Of a stretch of DNA of 64,000 bases, positions 11,736 to 23,385 are shown one piece after another. Both the position numbers and the translations under genes were made by a program. This DNA comes from Callorhinchus milii. Its lineage: Eukaryota. Within the stretch, counting starts at the first letter, position 1. The number at the start of each line of letters is the position of its first letter. The DNA lies in the NCBI RefSeq assembly GCF_018977255.1, contig NW_024704742.1, positions 54,624,001 to 54,688,000 of the forward strand, given 5' to 3'. The notes beneath the pieces are model-generated. The model was not told the origin of the DNA. It saw only the letters and a list, made by a program, of their open reading frames with translations, and ran no database searches.

Positions 11736-13202
11736 TAGAACCATCTCTTTGCTAATGTTAATCTCTCTAAGTTGCTCGTTAACATTGTCTTCTTGGTCCT
11801 CTATTTTTGGTATGTTTCCAGTGTCTTCTACGGTGAAGACTGTAGAAAAATACTTGTTCAATGACTTTGCCATGTCTTTGTCCCCTATTATAATTCCTCC
11901 GGTCTCTGCCTGTAATGGACCCACATTTACCCTCGCTAGCCTTTTCCTCTTTATATATTTGTAAAAACTCTTGGAGTCTGTTTTTATGTTTTTTGCTAGT
12001 TTGCCCTCGTAATCTATTTTCTCCCTCTTGATCAATTTGTTGGTCCTCCTCTGTTGTTCCCTAAAGTTCTCCCAATCCTCGGGTTTACTACTCATCTTCG
12101 CTGTTTTATAGGCTTTTTCTTTTGATTTGATACTTTCCCTAACTGCTCTAGTTAGCCATGGCTGCACCACCTTTCCCATGGCATTTTTATTCCTCAAAGG
12201 AATATGTGCTCGTTGGGAATTTTGCACTATCTCCTTGAATGTCTGCCATTGCTGGTCTACCGTCAAATCTTTAAGTTTAGTCTCCCAGTTTATTCTGGCT
12301 AAATCCTCTCTCATACCAGCAAAGTTGGCTCGATTTAAATTGAAGACTTTTGCTTCAGACTTAACTACTTCCCTCTCTAACTTAACGCTAAATTCCATCA
12401 TATTATGATCGCTTTGCCCTAGAGGAGCCTTAAGTTCCAGTTTGCTGATCAGCCCTGTTTCATTACACAAAACAAGGTCTAATATGGCTTGTTCCCTGGT
12501 CGGCTCCTCAGCATATTGATCTAGAAAATTATCTCTAATACATTCTATAAACTCCTCTTCTATGTTACCTTTCCCAATTTGGTTGTCCCAGTCTATGTGC
12601 AGGTTAAAATCACCCACAATTAGTGTCTTTCCTTTGCTACATGCTCCACTAATCTCTTGATTTATACCTTGAGCGATACTTTGACCACTGTTTGGGGGTC
12701 TATAAACTACTCCCACTATAGTTTTCTGCCCCTTGAAGTTACGTATCTCTACCCATACTGACTCTACATCTTGCTTTTCAGATTTAAAATCTTTCCTCTC
12801 TACTGTTTTTATCCCATCCTTTATTAGCAGGGCCACTCCCCCTCCTCGTTTACCACATCGCCTATCTTTCCTATATACCACGTAGCCGGGAATATTCAGT
12901 TCCCATCCCTGATCACCCTGTAACCATGTCTCGGTGATGGCTACTAGATCATACCGGTTTGTCTCTATTTGTGCAACTAATTCATCTATCTTGTTACGAA
13001 TGCTTCGTGCATTCAGATATAGCGCCCTTAATTCTGACTTCCGGCTATTAACCCTATTCACCAGCACTCTATCACTGTACTTCCTTTCCCTGCTTGACAC
13101 ACTTTGCTCTTCTCCCTTGTTAATCTGCTCTCTTGCTTTTGTTGATCTCAAGTTTAACTGTGGTGGACTATACTTTACTATGCTTTTACCTCTCCCCCCC
13201 CC

Positions 13203-13812
13203 TTAGTAGTTTAAAGCCCTTTCTACCTCCCTATTTATTCGCGTAGCCAGGACATTTGTCCCAGCCCTATTTAGGTGGAGCCCATTCCTTTGGAAAAGCT
13301 CCCATCTTCCCCAATACTCGTCTACTTGTCTCCCTGCCACGGCTACAGAAAACTGTACCAGTCCTCTCGACTGTCTCATCCCCAATAAGAATTACATTTT
13401 TAACCTCCCGCACAGGGGTGTTGGGGTCAGTTTGTCCGTCTTCCTCGCAGATTTCCTTGTCCACACAGGTTGCCAATATTTCATACCTGTCAGACAAGGC
13501 TAAAGTCTGGGATTCTTCAGCTCCTCTCTTTCGGGAACGCTTGCCTGCCCGCCTGACTGTCACCCAGTCATGTCCGTCGCTGCTACATTCTTCTTCCTTG
13601 GGACTCAGGGGAGTGTCCGGCTCCAGGATAAAGCTGTCCAGGACGTTTTCTCCATCCCTAATGCTGCACAGCATCTCCACCTGAGACTCCAGCTCAGCTA
13701 CTCTCAGCTGGAGCTCTCTGATTTCCAGACACTTGCGGCAGACGAAGTCGCCCGGACTTAAGGCGCCCTCCATTGACTCCCACATGTGATAGACTCGCAG
13801 TTTACCTGCCAC
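13203..13812 (-). pseudogene. CR1 ORF1 remnant (zinc finger/leucine zipper + partial SGNH esterase)
   Basis: CRKC plus LQLRVAELESQV zipper, VILIGD (GDS-like block), and C-terminal NGLHLNRAG (DGLHL-like) in another frame. Confidence 0.85.
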
Positions 13813-13929
13813 ACCATCTTCACAAACTTTATATAGATACGAGAATAACAATTGAATATCCAAAGAGCTGAATCAGTCACTGTTCAATCATCAAGGCAGG
13901 GATTAAAGAACTGTCAGGATTTAATAAAC

Positions 13930-14180
13930 AGATGTGACAGGCTCCATGAGCTTACAGCCTCCTTTTCTTGCTAGAGGAAGGAGTTTCTTCCAAAGTCCAG
14001 GCCAACAATCCCCAAATAAAATTGATCATTCACTTCTCGGATGTTTGTGGGACATTGCTGTATGCAATTCACCCACAAGCACAGTCACAACATCTTACAG
14101 TAAATCCTGTGAAGCGGTTTGAGACATCCTTCCCGATGTAAAGAGAGCTATAAAAAAAGGAAGGATTATTTTTATTATTA
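13930..14180 (+). mobile_element. Old SINE 3' half (Deu-type body, L2-type tail)
   Basis: TTTGTGGGACATTGCTGT...GTGAAGCGGTTTGAGACATCC...AAGGATTATT. Confidence 0.65.
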
Positions 14181-14589
14181 TGTACCTAGGTGTGTAGGAA
14201 GATAGCTCTGTGATGTTTTATCATATGAATGACTGATTCAAACAATATGCAGCCAACCCTCATCCTCCAAGAATGCAATACATTTATACTTATATCACAC
14301 CTTTCACATTGGAAGGACATCTCAAAGTGCTTTACACACCTGGCTAAGCACTCAAGTCAGGAAGAGGGGGAAGCTGAATGGTGGGGGGAGAGGGATGGGG
14401 GCTTGAGAGTTCCTTGGTTGTCCCTTCCAATTTCCAAGTGGACTTCCCTTTAATAGCTGAGCATTGTCATACAATTCTATGTCAAGGAGCTTAGGCATGG
14501 GTATACTCTGGCATCAGTAGCTTTTGGATATATATACGCTATATATCCAATGTTCAACACTAAAAATACATTTTTAATTTGTATTAGCC

Positions 14590-14853
14590 TTCTGCTTGTC
14601 CCTCATGCTCTCCGTTCCACCAATGGTGGCTACGCTTTCAGTCACTAACCCCGAAACTCTGGAACCCTCTTCCTCTAACCCTCTGCCTTGCCCATTCTTT
14701 CCCCAGCTTCAGGTCACACCTGAAGACCTTCCTATTCAACCATGGCTACGGTAACTTCGCCCTTCCTATGACTCTGAGTCGTGATCCACCATTGTCAAGC
14801 GCTCTGGGGCGCTGCTCTGCATGAGGGGCACTATATAAATGTAAGTTGTTGTA
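14590..14853 (+). mobile_element. L2 3' fragment
   Basis: CTCTGGAACC...GAAGACCTTCCTATTCAACCATG...ATAAATGTAAGTTGTTG. Confidence 0.75.
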
Positions 14854-15009
14854 TTCTCAATTGAGGCCTTAGTCATTTTGCACTTTACTTTCCCTTTGTC
14901 TCTAGTTTGCCTGTAGTTTCTGTGCTCAGGATTCAAATTATTCCTATTTAACTTGAATTCTCTGCCCTCACCATCTTATTTTTTCAATTCAGATTATTCC
15001 ATTTTCTGT

Positions 15010-15420
15010 ATTTCTTTTCCATCGGTTAGAGATGGATGGTGATGCTGCCAGTGCCTGAGGTGTGGAAGAGCTGACGGGAGCCAAGCAGGAGGTCTTGTTG
15101 ACGTTCAACTGAGAAAGTTAGCTCTCATCCAGGACTTAATGTCTGACAGACATTCAATTGTAGGGGCAGAGAGGTAGAGTTGGGTGTCATCCGTATACAT
15201 GTGGAAGTTGATCCCATATCTGCGGATGACGTCAACAAGAGGGAGCATTTAGATATTGAAGAAGAGGGGACCAAGAACAGAGCCCTGAGGAATGCACACG
15301 AGATGTTGTGGAGGCTGGAGGAGAAGCCGTATGTGGAAACAAAGTGGAGATGGTGTGAAAGGTAGGATTTGAACCAGTCTTGCACAGGACCATGAGGTTG
15401 AGGTGAGAGGAGAGAGAGGG
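15010..15420 (-). mobile_element. L2 RT fragment (degenerate)
   Basis: Minus strand encodes WFKSYLS plus degenerate PQGSVLGPLLF and FHMYTDDTQLY segments. Confidence 0.8.
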
Positions 15421-15566
15421 TATCATTTCAAATGCAAGGATTATTACTATTATTATATTGTTATTATCCAGAAATGGTCAGGTAGTTTTGGACCCAACCA
15501 TGGTTTCAACGTTAAGCTGTATATCTTTGAGTATCATCGGTGCCAACAACATATCAGAATGATCGC

Positions 15567-15680
15567 TTTTTTTGGTCAGCTGGGTGTCTGACACATGTGG
15601 AAACCCATCACCATTCTTAAGAGTATCCAAACTAAACTGAGATTTCCATGCATCCCACCTACACATGGAAATTCCTGTTA
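15567..15680 (-). mobile_element. Unclassified A-tailed repeat, copy 2
   Basis: T-run followed by GGTCAGCTGGGTGTCTGACACATGTGGAAACCCATCACC. Confidence 0.75.
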
Positions 15681-16319
15681 TTGAATAACACCTTACAGTG
15701 AGAGAAATTGACCTTGTAGAATGAAAAAGTTTTATAACCATTTTCAGAATAAGATTACAGCCCAAAAATAATTGTGTTCTCAAAAGGAATAAGTTAATTA
15801 TGAGGAAAAATCAATTGCACATCTATTTTCAGCGTGTACTGTATTCCGTAACATAAAGTATTCTGTAACCACTTAATAAATTTTTTGCATTATTAAACAG
15901 CTAATTCAATTAGCACAGAAAGCAGCAAGAGCAGCAGCGTGGAAATATTTAATTAAGCTGTACACCTAAAGCTATCCATTTAGAATGAAAATGAATGGAA
16001 AAACAAGGAACTAGTTTTGGATAAGGTAAATAACTATAATGATACAGTCAAAGCACAGGATGCTTGGAGAGACCCCACATATTACCTTCAGACTCTGGTC
16101 TGCAACAAATGAATGAGAGGATGAGATAAATGGAGATATCCACAGAGATAATGGACTCAGAATCTTTATACTCAGTAGATGACATCAGTACTACAGCAAA
16201 GAATCAAGATTCTTTGGCCAAGTCTAACTCAACAATAGCATACCCTGCATCTTACCTCTTCTATCTGTCTTCAAGTCTTGCCTAAAAACCATCATTGAAT
16301 CTTGCCTAAAAACCATCTC

Positions 16320-16655
16320 AGAGTTTCACAGGATTTATTATAGTGTACTAATGTAGGTGAACACAACAGCCAATTTATGCACAGTAATGTCTCATAATCA
16401 GCCATGAAGTGAATGACCAATTTTGCCTTTGGGATTTTTGGACAGAATAATGGGAGAAATTATATTCTCTTTTCAAATAATGTCATGATATCTTTAACAT
16501 CCACCCGAACAGGTAGACAGAACCTTGATTTACCACCTCTTTTAGTGGAACCTCTGATAACTCAATGCTCCCCAGCATTGTAATAGAGTGTCTACCTAGG
16601 CTGTTAATTCAAAGTCCTGACATGAGGCATGAATCCATGACCTTCGGCCTCAATG
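16320..16655 (-). mobile_element. Deu-domain SINE (old)
   Basis: Plus-strand ATCTTTAACATCCACCCGAACAGGTAGACAG is the reverse complement of the Deu core. Confidence 0.65.
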
Positions 16656-16879
16656 GTGAGATGCTATTCTTCTTTGGGGAAGTACGAAGGTTCTCCTTGG
16701 GGCTGAGCTGACCCCAAAATGGCATTGGTACTTTGGAATCAGGACAATCCTTTGTGGTAGTTTTGGCATATCTGGTTCCTGAGCTAGGCACGGTCATCAT
16801 ATTTCGATTCACTGTTGATGACAAACCAGCCAGCTAGCTTATCAATAGAACTTGGAGAAAGAAACCAGTCCCTAGGGAC

Positions 16880-17251
16880 CAGCATTTTTGCCACACAGCT
16901 CCGGTTAACTCTGCAAGCCACAGCCCTAGTGGACAGGGTAATCCTTTTTGGACAAGTGATGCGAAGCTTTCCAGAAAGTGTTCATACTAGCAAATAATGT
17001 GGTTTTAGCTGATTAAACTCCAGCAGTACCACAACACACACCCAAGGCTTGGCTCCTATCTGTGCTTAATACTTTCTGGTATGAAATAAGCGAGGTGTAT
17101 CCCTCTGGAGACAGAATGCACACTTCATTTCAGACAAATGGGAATTTTCCATGTGTATGTGGCATGCATATGTGGATCGTTTGGCCTGATTTGGGTGCTC
17201 TTAAGCATGGTGAAAGGTCTCCGTAGGTGTCTAATACTCTGTTGACCAAAA
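16880..17251 (+). mobile_element. Unclassified A-tailed repeat, copy 3 (long)
   Basis: Shares TTTTAGCTGATTAAAYTCCAGCAGTACC with the copy at 42230, and the 3' end with all other copies. Confidence 0.7.
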
Positions 17252-17554
17252 CATAATTTGTGCCAGCAAACAGCTGGAGATCTCCATGCTTGCTATTCCA
17301 TTCCAAACCATCATACCCAGCAACTTCACAATTGGAACTCCAGGAACACCTGTATGGTTGGTTTGAAATCTGTGAATACAATTGTGAACACCTAAACACA
17401 AATAAATATTCAATATGTTTAAAAAATTCTAAATTATTTACATTTTGAATAATATGCAAATTACAAATACATGTCTAAAATGTTTTTTGGAATTTACTAT
17501 CAGAAAAATATAGTTGCAACTTTCTGAATAGACTTTGGGTGATGGAATTCCACT

Positions 17555-17573
17555 CCGCCACTAGGGGGAGATA
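17555..17573 (+). promoter_or_regulatory. CTCF-like binding motif
   Basis: CCGCCACTAGGGGGAGATA fits the CTCF core. TGGAATTCC just upstream resembles the auxiliary upstream motif. Confidence 0.55.
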
Positions 17574-17871
17574 GCATACCACCCTGAAAACTGCAGAGTT
17601 CAAACCTGCAACAAAATCATTGAGCCTTTATTTCTTTATTTTTTTCACTTTGCTTGGTAATGGGAGGGTAGTACAGCAAAAAATAATACCCCAGAATATA
17701 TATACATATATATACATATACATTTGTAGACAACAGTAGGTGGGTAGTGCTTTTATTCAGACTGAAGTAGAGAAGGAAAGCCTGAGTTTAATTCAAATGC
17801 AAGGATTATTATTATTATTAATTATCAGTAAAAAGATTTTTCCAACCCCCAAAAAATGTTAATCCACCTTT

Positions 17872-18100
17872 GGGGTAAAATTCCACCTGGGTCTAGATTT
17901 CCTCTATTGATGTAGTTTGCAGGATTTAGTAAATTGTTGAAATCAGTTTTAACTTTGAAGCCTGTTTTCTGTAGTTCTTAAAAGAAACTTAGATAATGAG
18001 TTTCAAAATTAAAGACTGTATTTAAGAATCTGACAAAATCCAAATGCTCTAAATTGTTATGTTAATAGAGTAAATCTAGACCCAGGTAGAATTTCTAACC
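17872..18100. mobile_element. Palindromic MITE-like element
   Basis: AAATTCCACCTGGGTCTAGATTTCCTCTATT versus reverse complement AAATTCTACCTGGGTCTAGATTTACTCTATT. Arms remain alignable for about 90 bp. Confidence 0.75.
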
Positions 18101-18631
18101 ACTTATCCGGTCGTATCTTTACGTTGCTTTGCAGGAGCTTTGAATAATTTCAGAACCAGACAGCATGGATTTGGCTTGAGAACATAGGACTTTTGACATG
18201 ATGTGGCGTGTCGTCCATTAATGACTTTTTCCCCTCTCCCTCATGTTGGCCATCGTTGCACCAGTGCCATTTCGCAATCTTTGTGCAAACTTTGAAAAAG
18301 GTCATTGTTCATTGTGAGGAAACAAGACAAGTTCAGATTTCCGCAGCATTATTCTGGCTTGGATGAGGACTGAAAGGGAGGGCAAAAAGACACATTTTCA
18401 GGATAATTTGCCGTGAAAGAAAAAGAAAGTGGTCCTTTTTTGCAGATTACCAAAATAAAGGGCTTCCAGTAGGTAAACTGGCCAAAAGGCCTGGTCTGGG
18501 TCATTCTAAAGTATTGATTGATATACAGATCCTATTATAAATACAATCATTGTTTTGTTGTGAGTGAAAAGATTTCCTGGATTCCTAATTTGTTGCACTG
18601 AGAGAATCAGAAGAAATAGGCGCCTGTGTTT

Positions 18632-18698
18632 AACAACAACAACAACAAGACTCCATTTATAGAGCGCCTTTCACGTCGGGAGGACGTCCCAAGGCGCT
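18632..18698 (-). mobile_element. Young L2 3' tail
   Basis: (AAC)n followed by AGCGCCTTTCACGTCGGGAGGACGTCCCAAGGCGCTG. Confidence 0.9.
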
Positions 18699-19116
18699 GA
18701 GTTTAAGGGTGGGGTAAAAAGAACCAGCAAACCAGCTTCAGTTTGTTTAGCTCCAATCAATATATTCAAAGATAAATAAATGGCTTTGTGCAGTTTCAGT
18801 GCGTTGTAGATGTCCTGTTCCACTCAGAGTAGATCTTGAAGATTACATTGTTTATTGTAGAGAAATGGAGTTCAATACTTTTCAACTGTAACTCTCACTA
18901 TGTGCAAGTGTTATCTGAACACATTAGCGAAAATATATAGATCAACGCACAATCCTCATTTTGGAATTGAACAACAGGAAGAAGATAAATGAGGACCAAC
19001 CTAGCTAACAACTGATAAGGTGTGAGAAATTAATGTTAATATTCTGGGCCTGAATTTCATTTCAAAAAGCTGTAAACTTGAGTATTTATGGAAACTGAAG
19101 CTGAACATGATGTTGA

Positions 19117-19230
19117 ATCATAGAATTGTACAGCGCAAAAGGAGGCCATTCGGCCCCTCATGCCTGTGCCATCTTTTTGCTATCCAACTATTCCCATTTC
19201 CCCGATCTTACCCATAGCCCTGCAAATTCT
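19117..19230 (-). mobile_element. CR1 3' end fragment
   Basis: GAATCATAGAATTGTACAGCGCAAAAGGAGGCCATTCGGCCC. Confidence 0.75.
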
Positions 19231-22200
19231 TCGTACAAAATCCTGACATCGCTCCTGCTAAGTACCTATCCAATACAAAGAGTTGTACAATATTCTACAC
19301 ATCAAACAGATACAGCACCAGCCTATGTTTATGTAGTAGAATCCTGTTAGATGCATTTTGTCACAATGCAGGTGATTTATAGTAGGTGTGATTGAGGTGT
19401 GAACGCCATGTTTACTTAGTCAAAAAATCTAAACTGTACACACAAGCTCTATTGGTGCTTCACAATGCCAGCTGGTGCAAAGGAAGCCAAAAACAGTCAT
19501 CAGGTCACCCCTGGTGTCATTTCCTGTGATCTTGTCAGCTTTATGAAGAGAAGGTAGAGCTGGGCATATCTCTGAGCACATGGATAGTGAATGTCAAAGC
19601 CTTGACTGGCAAACTCGATCCATTATTGAGCTGATTGGGCTTTTGTGGACCCTCAACTACTACTTTAACAGGACTCTCCTGTATTTCCTTGATGTTATTG
19701 TTCAATGAAGTAGAATCACAAAAAGAAAGTGATCAGACCTGCCAGATGTGCTAGGTTCCTACCCAGATACTCAGGCCTCCTCTGGTACTGCATTGGAGCG
19801 TCATCCACGCCTCTGAGCTCAAATCCTGACATCGGGCTTAATCCAGTAACCTTCTGACCAAGTGGTGACTGTGGTGCCAACTGACACACGGTAGCAGTGG
19901 AGATAAGTCATGGATTAAATACACATCACAATGTCCAGCAGGTCCCACCAAAAAAACAGTGGTGCTTTTCCCTTTCTTGTTAATGGATACATTTCATAAT
20001 TCAGGAATGCCAGAGTCTGCGGAGTAGCAGAGGAAGGTTCGTATCAGCAGAGCCAATTCCATTCATGAGAACAGAGATGTATTTATCTTGTCGCAGGCTT
20101 AAATACCATTTTTTCCTCTCCCTCTTTCATTTTCACTAAAGCTTTGATGTGGATTATAAAGCAGCCAAAAATCGACCAAATTACCTGGAGACTGAAACAT
20201 TTTTGACATAAGTCTCGAGTGCAGAGCAAGTCATTTTTCTTCTGGCCTGGCCAGGCTGTGTTTCATCTCTGAATCAAGATGACAGCAGCGATGATGGAAT
20301 GATGGGACAGCTGGCCGCAGTTCCACTACAGCTGAAACATACAGGGTCCGAACCTTTTGCAGATGACTGCGGCTGCAGACAAAATACATTGGTTGTAAAT
20401 AGGAAGGAATTTCCTGACATAGCTCAATATTGCAGTGACCCCCATTTTATTCAGCTTACTAAAATCAAATGTAATGACTTTGAAAAAAGTATTTTCTTGA
20501 TTTCAGTCGCCTACTGATATGTTAACACACATTGTAGAAGGGATGCAATGTTTCACAGTTGCTGCAAAATTTACGCAGACATTTTCTTCAATTAAAGTAC
20601 TGAGATAGTTCATTGAAATTGTTTCAAAATATTACTTAATGAGATATAGAGCATTGTCATGATTTATATATATCATAATCATAGATATTTGCAACACAGA
20701 AGGAGGCTATTTGGTCCATCATGCCTGAGGCAGTTAATTCTATTCTCCTATCTTTTCTGCATATCGTATCTCTAGCTGATCTGCAGGAATATCTGTGCAG
20801 TACTGCATCACAGTGTTTGCCTATTCAAAATGAGTTTTAACCACAAGAAAGTGATTTACTCTTCTATATTGTCCAACTCATGGAACCCTGATCTGTCTAA
20901 CATATTCTTACGAAGCAATAGAAAAATCATGTGAAGACTTAGAACTATAATTAGAATTCTACTAATCCTACTGCATCTGGCAAGTCAATTTTAAATAAAA
21001 ACGCCTCAGATAAATGTTGGTATTTTAAGCATAAAATTCCTTGGTGGCCTCAGAAGCGGAAAGGAACAAACACCACTAATGTTTTCAAAGTGATTGTTTA
21101 CGCGGTGAGAATGTTTAGAATAAATCAAACCAAGCAAAGTCTATCAGTCTCAGAGCTTTTAAGAGAAAAAGACCCTTTCCTCAGGTTCACTATTGTTTAA
21201 AATGTCCTGAATCCTAACATTCCTACCACTAATCTCAACCTGCATTACTGAACCTAATGTTATTTATTCCAGTCTTCAGAGCTAAGGCTTCACCATATCT
21301 GCTTCAAGTGGGTTTCAGATTTAGGCTTTAGAGTTTAGGCCAGGATGTCAGGATTTAGTTGATTCAGCTCCGGGTTTCAAGCTCATCTTCTACATCTGCA
21401 TCACTAATGTTATGTATATGATGCTCCAAATACCCAGCAAAATTATAACAAAAATAATAATAATCCTTGCAGTTGATACAGCACCATTCATGTCGGGAGG
21501 ACAACTCAGATTTATTGTAAAGTATGATGACTTTGTATTGTGTTGATGGAAAATGATTTGCTATTCCTGACTATAAGTGATTATATGTATATTTCAGTGA
21601 CCAATCAGAAATTTCAGATTGAAAGGTTAGAGCACATTTATTGAATGGAAAATCCAAGGACAATAAAATCCTCATAGTCTTAGCTTTAATAATGTTATGT
21701 TATTAAGCACTCAAGCACTCCGAGACATTACCCCCATGTAGGGCGCTATATAATGCAAATTATTGCTGTTGTTAACATTTAAGATTGTGCAGAATTTTTA
21801 GAATTCAATCTTAACTTGGAACCCAGGTTTCCCTAGGTTTTAGGAAAAAAAATCCCAGAAACCTTTTTTTTATTTGATTTTTTTTCCAAAACAATTATGT
21901 ACAATTTTATATTTTAAGACAACAGCCTTAATGCTAAGATCGTGGCAGATTCCATGCCTCTAATTCCAATCAGTCCAACCAAATCTGTCCTGTTTGGGTG
22001 GTGACCTGATCCCCTCTGATTCTAAATACTTTCTGTCATACAAATGCCATTGATCCCAAGGTTGACTGCTTTAAGGAGAAGGAATGTCAGCCTCTAGTAT
22101 TTATAATGCAGAGTGGATGTTCAAACAGATTCAGAGCTAAGGCTTCAGGCTTCCCATCTCTGCTTCAAATGGTTTCAGATTCAGGCTTTAAAGTTTAGCA

Positions 22201-22402
22201 GAGAGATTTACAAAACACAAATATTTGAAGTCAAAGAAGCTGGGGGGTTCTCAAGGATCTTTTGTGTGTATTAAGGTAAGGATGTCAATACTGGGAATTG
22301 GAATAGTTTCATATTTTGATGCAGAATAAAGCTTTCTCCACTCTATCATGAGAAGAGCATCCTAGAGTGCGTCAGTAATACATTATTACACTTTCTACTA
22401 CA

Positions 22403-22740
22403 GCAATAACAATTGCATTTATATACCACCTTTCACATCAGGAGGACATCCCACATTGCTAGACAGTCGAGGGTTTGCACCCAAGCTTGGGGTTGGATTA
22501 AGAGAGTTAGGGGGGAAGTAGGGTGGTGGTGGGAAGATGACTGAAGGCACAGTCAAAGAGGAAGGTCTTGAGACAGAATTTGAAGGAAGTAAAGGAAAGG
22601 GGCGAGGCAAAGGGACTCCGGGATGGAGTTCCAGAGTGTGGGGGCAGAAAGGATAAAGGCCCGACCTCCAATGCTGGGGCAGGCAGGGCAGAGGACATGA
22701 AGCAGGCCAGTGCCCACCAAGCGATGGGAGTGGGCGACTT
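22403..22740 (-). mobile_element. L2 3' fragment
   Basis: Encodes IGGRAF...APTLWNSIP and LKTFLFD. Has an L2 tail. Confidence 0.85.
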
Positions 22741-22984
22741 GGTAAGGTTTCGACATACCAACAGCCAAATAATTCAAGGAATTGCCTGTTTAAAACTTGG
22801 ATGTGTAGACATGCTCTTAACCATGAAACTTAGGCATTAGATTTTAAGACCAGCTCTCACTATTTAGTTCTCTCCATTATTGCTCAGCTCCAGGTACAGG
22901 TACCAAGTTTACTTTTCATCAATATCTAAAAGACAACCCTCCCTTCCTTCTTCAATTTACATCAACTGATTATAGAAAGAAACA

Positions 22985-23385
22985 ACTTGCAATTCTATAG
23001 CATTGGATCCAGCACACTGAAAAGTACTTTACAGGTAATTATTGCCAAGTATAGTTTTTGAAAGCAAACACAGCAGCTATTTCTGCTCCAACTAGGGTTA
23101 CACTAATTACATGACCAATTAAAGTAAAGGATTGTTAGCTAGGGCACCAGGAGGAACTACCTTCTCTTTTGGAAGAGTGCCTTGGGATCTTTCATATCCA
23201 TCTGAAAAGGCATGCAGGACCTTGGTTTAACATCTCATCAGAAAGATGATGCCTCTGACAATACAAAGACCCCCACCATTGCACAGGAATGTCAGTCTAG
23301 GACTATGAACTCAGTCTTGGTGGAGCTGGAACCTACAAACTTCTGATCCAGAAGTGAGAGTGCTAACACCTGAGCCATGCTGGCA
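22985..23385 (-). mobile_element. Deu-domain SINE (old)
   Basis: GGGATCTTTCATATCCATCTG...CTTGGTTTAACATCTCATC, with a tRNA-like head near 23380. Confidence 0.7.

Larger units (their letters stand above)
8934..13151 (-). pseudogene. CR1 ORF2 (APE endonuclease + reverse transcriptase), interrupted
   Basis: APE motifs YLNARS, ETWL, YRPP, GDFN, SDH. RT motifs SPGPDG, YRPVSLTS, QHGF, GVPQGSVLGP, FADD. Broken by inserts at 9985-10063, 10125-10474 and 10885-11741, and by frameshifts near 9252 and 9045. Confidence 0.93.
8831..13815 (-). mobile_element. Near full-length young CR1 LINE with three nested insertions
   Basis: (TTCTTATG)n tail at 8831-8857, 3' UTR, ORF2 with RT and APE motifs, ORF1 remnant. 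The 5' boundary is approximate. Confidence 0.95.

Noticed and set aside
14524..14550. Perfect 11-bp hairpin TTGGATATATA/TATATATCCAA
   Set aside because: Mostly TA microsatellite with low information content.
16276..16317. 18-bp local duplication TCTTGCCTAAAAACCATC
   Set aside because: An ordinary slippage-type tandem duplication with no further structure.
20141..20211. Plus-strand acceptor followed by FDVDYKAAKNRPNYLETETFLT*
   Set aside because: Short and unrecognised, with no supporting upstream exons.
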